Below are positions 24,900 to 38,193 of a stretch of DNA of 64,000 bases, piece by piece. The translations under genes and the position numbers were made by a program. Source of the stretch: Octopus vulgaris (lineage: Eukaryota); contig OX597829.1 in assembly GCA_951406725.2 (NCBI GenBank), positions 49,414,001-49,478,000 of the forward strand, given 5' to 3'. The notes below the pieces were generated by a model. It saw only the letters and a list, made by a program, of their open reading frames with translations. It did no database searches and had not been told where the DNA came from. Every line of letters begins with the position of its first letter. Positions within the stretch are counted from its first letter, which is position 1.

Positions 24900-25415
24900 T
24901 ATATTTCTTCCTGTCTTTTCATCATGTGAAACTGTTAATCCTGACACACTATGCTCTCTCCCTCCCTCTCTCTCTCTCTCCATTATAATATAGTAGTCTT
25001 GTTTTCATAAGTTTTGAATTAAAATCTTCCACCAAACCTTAGTCACAATTTATGTTCCTAACACTAGTTTAATGATAACTAAGTTATTTTACTAAATTCT
25101 TTGTTATATTAAAAGTAATTGAAAGAAACACAGAGCATCTCAACTGAAATATGGTAAGGAAAGGGTAAAATTATATAATAGAGAATTCTTAACCCTTTCA
25201 TTAGCAACCTGGCTGAAACCACCTCTGACTGAGTACAAATGTCTTGCTTCGAAAAGTTCTCAGTTAAAATCTTCCACCAAACCTTAATCACAGTTTATGT
25301 TCCCAACACTAGCTTAATGGTAATTAAGTTATTTTACTAAATTCTTTATAATATTTTAAATGAATTGAAAGAAACACAGAGCATCTCAACAGAAAAACAG
25401 TTACAAAAAGGTTAA
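24590..25415. mobile_element. Two tandem piggyBac-like MITEs; the first is interrupted by templated filler (24641-24990)
   Basis: TTAACCCTTT...AAAGGGTTAA-type termini; body matches the 33632-34348 array. Confidence 0.75.
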
Positions 25416-26172
25416 GTACATCTTAAATTTTAAAGACATCAAAGATTTTATTTTTAATGTTTTGTATATTATTTTCATTATTATTGCTTCAACCAATTCA
25501 ATAAAAGTACCATCAATCACAGACTTTGGTACCAAATGCTGGCAGACTGTAGACTTTCAGATAAATACAATGAATTTAATATGGATGGTTAATTAATCTT
25601 TTGTTTTCAATTAATGCTCATGCTTATTCAAATTAGATGCATCATCATACAAATTATTAATAGTACCGTTGCAATGGATACAGCAAGTTCTTTGGGGGAT
25701 AAGAATCTGTAATTTCAACTTGGAATATAAAACGTCCCAAATATTTCTCCTACCATTCTTTTGATTCTGCCAATCTAATGCCATTTATTGTCTTTGTGTA
25801 CCCTGACATCAGTAGAATCAGATACTGCAAAGTAGCCCATGTCCTAGAAATTCCATTAGTTTACCATTTTGGCTTGGTAGTTTATTTTAGCCACCCCAAA
25901 AGATTGAAAGCCAGAGATATCTTCAGATGAATTTGAACTCAGAGCACAGAGAACTGGAACAAATGCTGCTTCAAGGCTTTCTGTCCAAATTTTGCATGTA
26001 TAAGTACTGGCGTGGGTGTGTGGTTAAGAAGCTTGCTTTGCCACTATGTGGTTCCAGGTTCAGTCTCACTGCATGTTACCTTGAACAAGTGTCTTAGTGT
26101 CATCTTCTATAGCCCCAGGGCAACCAATGCTTTCTGAGTGAATTTGATAAATGGAAACTGTGTGGAAACCTG

Positions 26173-26207
<35 letters not shown>

Positions 26208-26431
26208 CATACATACATAGATTTAGTCTGGTTGATACTAGAGACAGTCATGGAGCAGTTACCTCCCCTGTCAGTATAAGTATATATTGCATTCTGCTTA
26301 CTGTGTTAATAGCATTTTAACTCTTATTTCTAGCAATATAAGTGCTTTGGTATCTTTAGTCACAGTTAGTGACTATTAAATTTTCCCTTTATGGTATTAC
26401 GTTGTGCCTAGCAGTTTATATTAATTTGTGG

Positions 26432-26467
<36 letters not shown>

Positions 26468-26785
26468 ATGTGTGTGTAGGTGTTTATGTTTTCCCCTCCT
26501 CCCTTTGCTACCATTTGGCAACCTGTATTGACTTCTTTTTACCTCCATAACTTAGCGGTTCAGCAAAAGAAACTGATAGAATAAGTATTAGACTTAAATA
26601 TCAAATAATGCAATCAATTTATTCAACTAAATCCTTCAAGGTGGTGCCCCAGCATGGCCACACTTCAGTGACTGAAACAAGTGAAAAGAGAGACTAAAGA
26701 AAAAGCATACACACATATACATAAAGCTTACATACAAATATACATGCATACATTCATATACATATACATACAGGATGTACATACA

Positions 26786-26869
<84 letters not shown>

Positions 26870-28375
26870 TCTCCATCATTAAACATCTGTTTTCCATGCT
26901 GGCATGGGTTGGACGGGTTAACTGAGAACTGGCAAGCTGGGGAGCTGCACCATGCTCCACTCTGATCTGGCAGTGTTTCTACAGCTGGATGCCCTTCCTA
27001 ACGCCAACCACTCCAAGAGCGTAGTATCTGCTTTTTACATGCCATGTAACCGGCACCTATCACTTAGCTTGATAGGTCTTCCCAAGCACGGTGTATTGCC
27101 AAATGTCTCTGTCACTTGTCACTGCTTTCATGAGACCCAAAGTCCAAAGGGTGCTTTTTACATACCACCAGTACATATGTACATGAGAGTACTCCATCGG
27201 TTATGACGATGAGGGTCTCAGCTGATACGATTGATGGAACAGCCTGCTCATGAAATTAATGAGTAATTAATGAGTACTCCACAGACACATGTACCCTTAA
27301 TGTAGTTCTCAGGGAGATTCGGCATGACACAAAATGCAAAATGGCTGGCCCCTTTGAATTACTGGTACAACTCATTTTTGTCAGCTGAGTGGACTGGACC
27401 AATGTGAAATAAAGTGTCTTGCTCAAGGACATAGCACATCACTGGGAATTGAACTTACGGCCTTATAATCATGAGCCGAATACCTTAACCACTAAACCAT
27501 GTGCCTTCACATATGTACATACATACATAACATACATACACGTATATAGACATACATATATGCATACATACATATATGTGTACATGCATAAATACATACA
27601 TAGGCGCAGGAATGGCTGTGTGGTAAGTAGCTTGCTAACCAACCACATGGTTGTGGGTTCAGTCCCACTGCGTGGCATCTTGGGCAAGTGTCTTCTGCTA
27701 TAGCCTCGGGCCGACCAATGCCTTGTGAGTGGATTTGGTAGGCGGAAACTGAAAGAAGCCTGTCGTATATATATATATATATGTGTGTGTTTGTGTGTCT
27801 GTGTTTGGCCCCCTAGCATTGCTTGACAACCGATGCTGGTGTGTTTACGTCCCCGTCACTTAGCGGTTCGGCAAAAGAGACCGATAGAATAAGTACTGGG
27901 CTTACAATAGAATAAGTACTGGGCTCGACTAAAGGCGGTGCTCCAGCATGGCCGCAGTCAAATGACTGAAACAAGTAAAAAGAGAAAAAAAGAAAGAGAA
28001 AGACATTACATACTTGCATATATACATACATACAGGCAAACATACATATATACATAGATGCGAACACACACACATTTAATTCTAGATAATGTATACATTT
28101 ATTCTGATAAAATAGTCCAGAATCAGTGCAGCCAAGATTTGAAATGAAAAGACTTAGATACTAATCAGTCAATTGATTCCTTTATTGGTTGTGATAATTT
28201 AATCAATATATTGAACATTGATTATCCTATTGATTCATTGGTCAATGGGATTATTTGATCAATTCATTGATTTTTGTCTTTGATATATCTTTTTATAATT
28301 TTATCTTTTACCTTTTACTTGCTTACAGCCATCAGTGTGTGGCCATGCTGGGTCACCACTCAGAAGGATTTAGGC

Positions 28376-28843
28376 CATAGGTTCTCAAAATGGGTGCTAC
28401 CCCACCCCCCTCGGTTGGCGTTGAGAGGGTCCAGGAGGGAGCTGGTGTCTAAGGGGGCAGTAAAGAAAAAGGAGGCGTTGGGAGAAAGGCAGTGGAGGTG
28501 TGAATTTAATATTCACTAACTGTGACTAAAAGTACCAAAGCACTTATATTGTGTGGGGGTGTGGATTTCTGTGTTTGTATCTATGTATATATGTATGTTT
28601 GCCTGTATGTATGTATATATGCCTGTATGTATGTATATATGAATGTATGTAATGCTTATGAATTTATAATATTATTATAGTATTGTATACAAATTATATA
28701 ATATTAAATATCAAATGATTCATAGTTTATATAAATTAGTAAAATATAAAATATTTATTTATACATAAAAATAGGGGTGGGGTGTTGAGAGTATTATGTG
28801 GCCATGAGGGTTGGGGGTGGCCCCAAAAGTTTGAGAACCTCTG
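28376..28843. mobile_element. hAT (Charlie-like) MITE
   Basis: Termini CATAGGTTCTCAAA / TTTGAGAACCTCTG; degenerate 8-bp TSD ATTTAGGC / GTTTATGC. Confidence 0.7.
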
Positions 28844-29278
28844 GTTTATGCAAACAAATTGACCCCACCTCTAATTATTCATTTTGAAGTCTACTACTTA
28901 CCTGCATAGCTAGAACATGTGCCACCTGAGGAGACCCTTCAATTTGCCTCCACACACACACACACACAAAAATACATATTGCCTACAGTAGACACAAAAG
29001 TGGTGTCACCTCCATAAAAGTGCCACGCAGGATGGACTGTCCCCTCCACCCCACCACCCTAGCTATGCTAGTGCTGCTACTTATTTTATCAGTCTGTTAG
29101 GCAAAACTGCTAAGTTGCAGGGATGTAAACAAAGCAGCACTGGTTGTGAAGCAGTGGCAGCAGGGACAAAGACATACAAAAACATATACACACATGCACA
29201 TACATACATACATATATATTTCGTTTTTGGATTTGGTCTGCAAGATTCTTTATGTGAGTTCATATGTTGAAGCATTTT

Positions 29279-29545
29279 CTGTTGTGTTTGGGGAAAGTCA
29301 TTCTCTTTTAGTACCTTATTATTTAACACACTCACTAGTAAAATTTCCACTTATTTCTCATTTTTGTTTTCCTAATATTTTCGTTGCATCTTGCAACCTT
29401 TTCAATAGTCTTGACTCTATTGAAAAGGTTGCAAGACGCAACAAAAATTTTAGGAAAATAAAAATAAGAAATAAGTGGAAATTTTACTAGTGAGTGTGTT
29501 ACATTATAAGGCACCAAAAGAGAATGACTCTCCCTAGACACAACA

Positions 29546-29546
<1 letters not shown>
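29279..29546. mobile_element. Older palindromic insert in (TA)n with hammerhead-like motif (U3-A8 core)
   Basis: Imperfect inverted arms meeting at ~29412; minus arm 29408-29371 reads CTA TTGAAAA G GTTGCA-AGA-TGCAAC GAAA ATATTA GG. Confidence 0.6.
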
Positions 29547-29589
<43 letters not shown>

Positions 29590-31634
29590 TACCTAATGAT
29601 TTCACTTCTCTACTCCCATAATCTAATAACTTATCTATTGTTCTTTTACATATCACCATTTATCGTATTTTTACATGGGTATGTCTGCATTACTATTATT
29701 GTTATTTATATTAATTAATGACAATAACTATTTTTATAACTGCGTATATTTTTACATTATTTATTAACTTTAATGGTACAATGCATCTTTCCTGTTTGAT
29801 TATTTGATGCTTTCATTATGTTTTCAATATGATATATATAAATTTCTTTGTATGTTCTTCTTTGATGATATTTTCTGGTTTATAATAATTAACCAAATTG
29901 ATTTAATCAAATTAAATTTGATTGATTTTATACTTTAAGCGATGTATTGAAACAATTGTAGGTGTTGTCAGTGTACTAATAAAATTTTATAAATCCTATC
30001 TCCATCTTCTCTCTTGGTTTTTATAATGATGATGATGATGATGATGATAATAATGATAGTAATATATATGTGTGTGCCTATATTATAAGGTATTCAAGCA
30101 GTCTAATCTTGGATATTTCTTTCCCTCTGAGGTTTATATATCCTCACTTGTACTTTAATTTATATACTCACAAAGCTTTTCTTAGCCTGGGGTTATAATA
30201 AAAAGCACTTGTTGAAGGTGTCATGCACTAGGACCGAACCTGAAACCATGTGGTTGAGAAACAAACTTCTTACCACCCAGCCATGCCTTAAACCCTGCTC
30301 ATCCATGTTTTATATTTTTTTTTCTGTTTTTTCCTTTAAGATTAAAGAACCAGTAGAGCACCAATCAAAATACCTTGTGATATTTAGTTATGAATCTCTA
30401 AGTACAAGGTTCAAATTCTACTAGAGGTAAAGAAATATTTTTCCTCCCTGTTTTTGGCTTTATATCCAGCCAAGATTTATAGAATAAGTATCGGTGATTG
30501 ATTTAAAGTTGACTATTAATAGCCATATGCCAGTAATAGAAGGAAAGATTCTACTCACTGTGAAGTGGCCAGCATTAGGAATGGCATCCTGCCAATGAAT
30601 CCATGCCAAAAACGAAATGTATGAGTGTGGTATGCTCCTTAGAGCCCTCTAATTGGAGAGGGTACAATAATTTCAAATAAGAGCTGATTTGGACTGTGAT
30701 AAAACTGTCCAACACATACCAGCTAGTCAGCATGGGTTAAACATCTTAAACGTTGCATCCAACACAACAAGGAATCAGTATATAAAATGATGAGTGAACT
30801 GGTAGAATTAGTGGAACATTGGGAAACATGCCTTCCACTATTGGTCCATCCCTTTGCACTCTGGCTTTGAAAACTGTTGAGGTCAACTTTGCCTTTCAAC
30901 CCTCAGGAATCACTTGGTCTCAATATCAATAAAGTACTGGGTGGGGTGGGGATAAGGTGTTAATCAACAAATCACCCCGCCAAAAATTTTTGGCTCCATG
31001 CCTAATGTTAGTGCTCTTTATGTTCTGGGTTCAAATACCACCAATTTCAACTTTGCTTTTCATCACTCTGGGGTCAATAGGATACAGTACCAGTAAAGTA
31101 CTGGGTTTAAACAACAACAAAAAAAAACCCTCAATATTTTTAACTTTGTGCCTTTGTTAATGCTCTTTACGTTCTGAGTTCAAATACCACCAAAGCCATC
31201 TTTGTCTTTCATCACCCCAGGGTCGATAAAATAAAAATACCAGCCAAGTAAAGTGATTATGATCAATGGCATCAAGTAGCCCCTCCCCTCAAAATAGCTG
31301 GCCTTGTGATAAATTTTAAAAAAAACAATTATTATTTCTTTTGTTATGATACACTGTTGTTGTTGATGCTGTTATCGTTTTCTTCCTCAATCAGCTTGGC
31401 TCTGATCAAGCAAACCTATGGTGACACGCATTGCATCCATGACATTTTCTCTAAGGTGGCTGGGTGTAATTTCTTGAAGGTCAAACAAGAATAGTGCTAT
31501 GTATATATATATATATATACACACACAAATATAAGTGGATGTGTAGCTTAGACGCTTGCTTCCTCCGCTCAACTTCAATCTAGCAGCCATACGACTAATT
31601 TAATGCTTGTTCTGCTACAAGTATAATAATAATA

Positions 31635-31636
<2 letters not shown>

Positions 31637-31703
<67 letters not shown>
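31637..31703. repeat. Compound (CAG)n(TAG)n microsatellite
   Basis: Direct reading. Confidence 0.95.
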
Positions 31704-31704
<1 letters not shown>

Positions 31705-32610
31705 CCACCAGGTTAATGTCAAATCACACCCTACTATCTTCAGAGAAGAAAAGAAAATCAGAAATAACACATTGGATAATGAAGTCCTGGATATTCTAAA
31801 TCTGAAAGTTGAAAATGAGAACATCTGAGTTGGAATGACTATGATTACAGTTCAACCACCTCAGCGTTGGCCTGTGGTTAAACTACATTCTTCTTACCCA
31901 TCTGCCGACTTTATCTATCTGTCTCTCTATCTAATTATCTATATGTCTATCTCTCTATTTGTCTACCCATCCATCCTATCCATCGATCAATCTATCTATC
32001 TATCTATCCATCCAATTTCAAATATCAGAGATCATGAATAGTTGATAGGCAACACATCTTAAACTGAACACCAACAATAGGTATCAAATGATTTATTCTG
32101 CCATCTAGCATTCCAGGTTCAAATCCTACAGAGGTTAGATTTGCATTTTATTCTTCTGAGGTCAGTTAAATAAAATACCAGTTTATGTTAGTGGACTGGT
32201 GGAATTGTTAACCTCTTATCATTCAGATTCCTGTCAAATGTAATGCTTATTTATTCGCATTGTTTTGAATTGATCCTACATTATCTTGTAGCTTTGAGAT
32301 TTCAATGATTTAATTATTTAGTTTTAGAATGACATTGTAGGGTCGGTGTAAGAGGCCAGATGTTCAGGGTTAAAGTGTTAGATGCCTTGCAATATTTGTT
32401 CTGTCAAGCTACTATCTTGTCATTGTGTACCTTTAAGTAAGCAGATTGGGTCTTTGGCATGAAGACATCTTCCTCTATTCTTCCCCTCCTTCCTTCCTTT
32501 CCAAGTCTTTGTAGAAATTCATAATCACTACAGGTCTTCCTGACAATAGCATCAACCTCAACACCTTTGCAGAGACTGTAAAAGTTACATGCCTATACCC
32601 ATAATTTGCT

Positions 32611-32611
<1 letters not shown>

Positions 32612-32664
<53 letters not shown>

Positions 32665-33283
32665 CATAATGATAATAATAATAATCATAATGATAATAAT
32701 AATAGTAGTAATGATAAATGTCTTGATGCAGTACCAGGCAGTGACTCTCACGGCTTCTGATCTTAACTGATTGGAAATGTTACCATATATATTGTTTTCT
32801 CTTGGTATAAAAGATGGGCTACAGCAATTATTCTACTCAATACTACAGATTTGCTTGTCACTTGTTTGACCTTAATCGGTTGACCATGTCCCTTAGTGGC
32901 TGATATGTGCATCTCTGATCATGAGTGGAAATAGTGGGGGAGCATCATAACCATATGTTAAGAGGAATTCTTTGGCATTTGAATAATTCACCTTTGGAAA
33001 CAAGGGTGTTTCATTCAACATCCTTAAACAACCCTTATTCAGTGGGGACCTTTTGAGTGGGATGGGCTACTTGATCTGAAGAAAATTCTAACTGGGTCCC
33101 ATCTGCAAAGTCATGCGCTGTTTATCTTGATATATGACCACCATGTCCTGCACATATGGTTGTGGTGCATGTGCCTGGTGTACCCTTATCAGACGGGTAG
33201 TCGTGATGGGTATACTGGGATTCATATATTTAGACCTCAGTGTCACTTTGATGGGAAGCACAGCTCTGTCACTTAATAATAAT
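32612..33283. mobile_element. Unclassified ~570-bp insert bracketed by (TAA)n, possibly a microsatellite-targeting retroposon
   Basis: Higher-complexity block between a long (TAA)n at 32612-32710 and AATAATAAT at ~33275; no protein motif recognised. Confidence 0.4.
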
Positions 33284-33631
33284 GGTTTCAAATTTTGACC
33301 CAAGGCTTGCAAATTTTTGGAAGGTGTATGTCAATTACCTCGAGCCCAGTATTCAACTGGTACTTCTGTTATTGACCCTGAAAGGATAAAAGGCAAAGTT
33401 GACCTCAGCAGAATTTGAACTCAGAACATAAACGTGGATAAAATACCACTAACGGGAAGCAACCAGGCAGAGAGAAACTGCCTGTCAATAAGTATGAATT
33501 AAATAACAACAAAACTAACCAACAAAATAGATAAATATAACCAAATCCTTTTCTTTCTCAGTACTCAAATCAACAACAAAATACATTTTATTTCATGTGT
33601 TTCAAGTACATAGTTATTGTTAAAAGTCTTG

Positions 33632-34348
33632 TAAACCCTTTCGTTACCAACCTGGCTGAAACCAGCTCTGGCTCTGAGTACAAATGTCTTGTTTGCATAA
33701 GTTTTGAATTAAAATCTTCCACCAAGCCTTAGTCACAATTTATGTTCCTAACACTAGCTTAATGGTAGCTATCTCATTTTACTAAATTCTTTGTTATATT
33801 TAAAATAATTGAAAAAAACACAGAGCATCTCAAAATAAATACAGTAACAAAAGGGTTAAAATATATAATAGAGAAACAATTCTTAACCCTTTAGATAACT
33901 ACCTGGCTGAAACTACCTCTGGCTCTCAGTACAGATGTCTTGTTTTCATAAGTTTTGAATTAAAATCTTCCACAAAACCTTAATCACAATTTATGTTCCT
34001 AACACTAGCTTAATGATAACTGAGTTATTTTACTAAATTCTTTGTTATATTTAAAATTAATTGAAAGAAACACAGAGCATCTCAACAGAAATATGCTAAC
34101 CAAAGGGTTAAAATATATAACAGAGAAACAATTCTCTACCTGGCTGAAACTACCTCTGGCTCTCAGTACAGATGTCTTGTTTTCAAAAGTTTCGAATTAA
34201 AATCTTCCACCAAACCTTAATCACAATTGTTGTTCCTAACACTAGCTTAATGATAACGAAGTTATTTTACAAAATTCTTTATAATATTTTAAATGAATTG
34301 AAAGAAACACAGAACATCTCAACAGAAATAAGGTAACAAAAGGGTTAA
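33632..34348. mobile_element. Tandem array of three piggyBac-like MITEs (~250-bp period)
   Basis: Units end GTAACAAAAGGGTTAA and are joined by spacer AATATATAATAGAGAAACAATTC. Confidence 0.85.
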
Positions 34349-35688
34349 ATGACATTATCCAAATGTTTTTGTTAGAATTGAAGAGTAAAAAACAAGAGGC
34401 TAAATTATTGACTGAATATTGACTGTCAGATATCTTTTTTAGCTTAAATTTATTATTGAAACTGAAGATTTTAAACTACTCCAGAGTATTTTTCCCTATG
34501 GGATTTGGGATTATGTCAAATTCTTTTATTCTTTCAATTGTTTCAGTCATTTGACTGCGACCATGCTGGAGCACTGCCTTTAGTCGAAGAAATCGATCCT
34601 AGGACTTATTTTTTTGTAAGCCTTGCACTTATTCTATTGATCTCTTTTGCTGAACTGCTAGATTACAGGTACGTAAACACACCAACACCAGTTGTCAAGC
34701 GATGGGGGGTGGGATAAACACACGCACACACACATATATATATGACAGGCTTCATTCAGTTTCCGTCTTCAACTGAATAATGTCTTGTGAGATTGAATCT
34801 GGCTCACAAAAACTGTACGGAAACCCGTTTTATAAATATATTATACATGCATGTGTGTGTGAATATTATCATCATCATTAATGTCTGCTCACCATGCTAC
34901 ATAAATATATATATGTGTGTGCACGTGTGTGTGTGTGTGTGTAAAGGATCCCTTTGGTCATTAATGACCATGGGATTGCACTTAGGAAGTTCCCCTCTGA
35001 GGTACAGGTCAAAACACGGTTGTTTATAGAAGACTGGCAGTCGCCCATGCATACCATACCACTGATGTTATCCATGGGAAAGGCAATGTCTGATACAACT
35101 TGGCAAAAGTGATGTCACAACTCATTTCTACAGCTGGGTGAACTGGAACAACATGAAATAAAGTGTCTTGCTCAAGAACACAACTTGATCTCTGGCTTTC
35201 AATCTTTTGGGGTGGCTAAAATAAACTACCAAGCCAAAATGGTAAACTAATGGAATTGCTGGGACATAGGATGGACTACCTTGAAGTATAGTATCTCTTT
35301 CTACTTTGAGCAGCCTAACAGCAATGCCCGTGACAACACTGATCCCAAACTATAAAGGGGCCCTGCCTTTTCTTTGCATAGGAAGCCTCACATGCAAATG
35401 AAACTACCAGCCTTTCATAGAAGAAAAACAGTAACCAAGTTTTCACCTTAGAAAGGGACTCTCCAAGAGGCAGACTTTGTGCTTTCATGGAACATATGGA
35501 AGCACCAGAAAAATGCATGTATGTACAGGTGTGTGTGTGTGCACGAATGCACGTGTATACACACACACAGGTTTTCTATAAAAACTGAAGCAGAGAGTTT
35601 GTTTCATGATTTGCGCTTCATGCCATTGTGATCAGGTGAAACATGTATTGAGTATCCTTTCTCATTCACTTGACATTAAGTAGCATGC

Positions 35689-35731
<43 letters not shown>

Positions 35732-35734
<3 letters not shown>

Positions 35735-35861
35735 GGTGTCCCAAAAAAATGTATACACACCTTATATAATTGTAAATTTGTTTTCTTTGTAAGCCTAGTA
35801 CTTATTCTATCGTTCTCTTTTGCCGAACCACTATGTGTATACATTTTTTTGGGACACCCTG
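35732..35861. mobile_element. Tc1/mariner-like MITE, TA TSD
   Basis: TA|CAGGGTGTCCCAAAAAAATGTATACAC ... GTGTATACATTTTTTTGGGACACCCTG|TA. Confidence 0.85.
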
Positions 35862-35900
<39 letters not shown>

Positions 35901-36064
35901 ATATATATTACTTTATATAATTAGGGTTCAGCAAAAAAAAATTTACTTTAGCACACACCGAAATTTTAGAAATAGCAGCCAAAGAATTTAGCTATTTCCT
36001 CTACTACTGAACACTGCTTAGTAAAATTATTAATTACTAATTAATTAATTTTACCGTTATTGAC

Positions 36065-36095
<31 letters not shown>

Positions 36096-36325
36096 GTATG
36101 TACAAGTTTTACATACTGTTTCCTTTTCATATACAGAATATATATGGAGTTCTAAATCATGTCTTTTTGTTGTACGATTTAAATTTAGGTAACACTATAT
36201 AATTTACATACGATATATATATATATATATATATATAGATAGATAGATAGATAGATAGATAGACAGATAGATAGATAAATAGATGGATGGCTGGATGGAT
36301 GGACAGACAGACAGACAGACAGACG

Positions 36326-36371
<46 letters not shown>

Positions 36372-36788
36372 TAGATAGAGCACATGGTTTAGTGGTTAGG
36401 ATGTCGGTCTCATGGTCATAAGATTATGGTTTTGATTTCTGAACTGGGTAATGCATTGTGTTCTTGAGCAAAACACTCCACTTCAGGCTGCTCCAGTCTG
36501 GCCAGCTGATAAGAATGAATAGTCCTGTCACAGACCAGCGTCCTGTCCAGGGAGGAATATATACAACAGTGAAAGTGGGAAACCAGTCCAATGCTCCTTA
36601 AGTGTAATTTGGACTAAGCATGTATATATATGCGTCAAATTTATACACCTTCTTATTTATACACTGTGTCTTCATCTTTTGTTTTTTCTGTAAATTTCAA
36701 CAATATGCTGTGCTTGAGAAGACCTGGCAAGCCAAGTGAGACTGTAACTGTGGCATATGCCAGTATATATATATATAATAACTGTGCT

Positions 36789-36825
<37 letters not shown>

Positions 36826-37049
36826 AGCTGCTATCATGCCGGTTGATGAACTATGCCGGTGGCATGTAAAAATATCATCGCGTAGTATGCCAGTACTGCC
36901 TGATTGGCCCACGTGCTGGTGGCACATAAGCACCCACTACTTCCGGTGGTTGGTGTTAGGCATCAGCTGTAGAACTATCAGATTGACCCGGAGCCCCTGT
37001 TGTCAGCCCAATCACGTCAACATGCCAGCATGGAAAGTGGATGCAAATG

Positions 37050-37098
<49 letters not shown>

Positions 37099-37542
37099 TG
37101 TGTGTATGTATATGTATATATCTATGTGAATGTGTGTTTTTGTCTGTGTTTACATTCTCACCATCAACATTTGATAAATGGTGTTGGTGTGTTAATATCC
37201 CCATAACCTAGCAGTTCAGCAAAAGAGAGTGACAAGATAAGTACTAGGCTTAAAAAATAAGTCCTGTGTGTGTGGGGGGGGCGATTTCTTTGACCAAAAA
37301 CCCCTCGAGTAAAGGAACAAGGATTTGGAATGCAGGCAGAAGCCTTATTAGCACTCTAAAATAATTGGGAGATAATAAACTGAACCAACTCAGGCACTGA
37401 AGCGCTACGTCAAAGGACATGTATCCAGCAGAAACATGTACCAGACTGGAATTTAACAAGAATAATACCATAATAAATAAATCTGGAAGAAGTGTAATTC
37501 TTCATTCTTCTCTATGATATCTTAATTTATATATATATATTT

Positions 37543-37580
<38 letters not shown>

Positions 37581-37701
37581 TAGGTTTGGAGATGATGTAC
37601 AGGTATTTTATATTAGAAGAAATGAGGTACTCAGAAATTCGGATGGTTTTATATTTACAGATATTTATTTGTATATTACATGTTTTTATACATCATATAA
37701 C

Positions 37702-37746
37702 ATATATTAGCACTTTCGCCCATTCTAGTGGGGTTTTCAAATATAT
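37702..37746 (-). ncRNA. Hammerhead-like motif with U3-A8 core
   Basis: Minus strand: ATATAT [TTGAAAA] CCCCA-CTAGAA-TGGGC [GAAA] GTGC TA| ATATAT; at the end of a ~165-bp insert (37582-37746) between TA tracts. Confidence 0.6.
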
Positions 37747-38096
37747 ATATATATACATATATGGATGCAGGAGTGGCTGTGTGGTAAGAAGCTTGCTTAG
37801 CAACCACATGGCACCTTGGGCACAAGTGTCTTCTACTATAGTCTCAGGCTGACCAAAGCCGTGTGAGTGGATTTGGTAGATGGAAACTGAAAGAAGCCTG
37901 TCGTATTTGTGTGTGTGTTTGTGTGTGTGTGTGTGTATACACACACACGATGGGCTTCTTTTAATTTCCAGCTACCATAATTCAGTCACAAGTTTTTGGT
38001 CAGCCTATGGCTATTGTGGAAGACACCTGTCCAATGTGTCATGCAGCGGGACTGAACCTGAAATGTCTTACCACATAGTCATGCCTGTGCCTATAT

Positions 38097-38131
<35 letters not shown>

Positions 38132-38144
38132 CAAATACACACAT

Positions 38145-38193
<49 letters not shown>

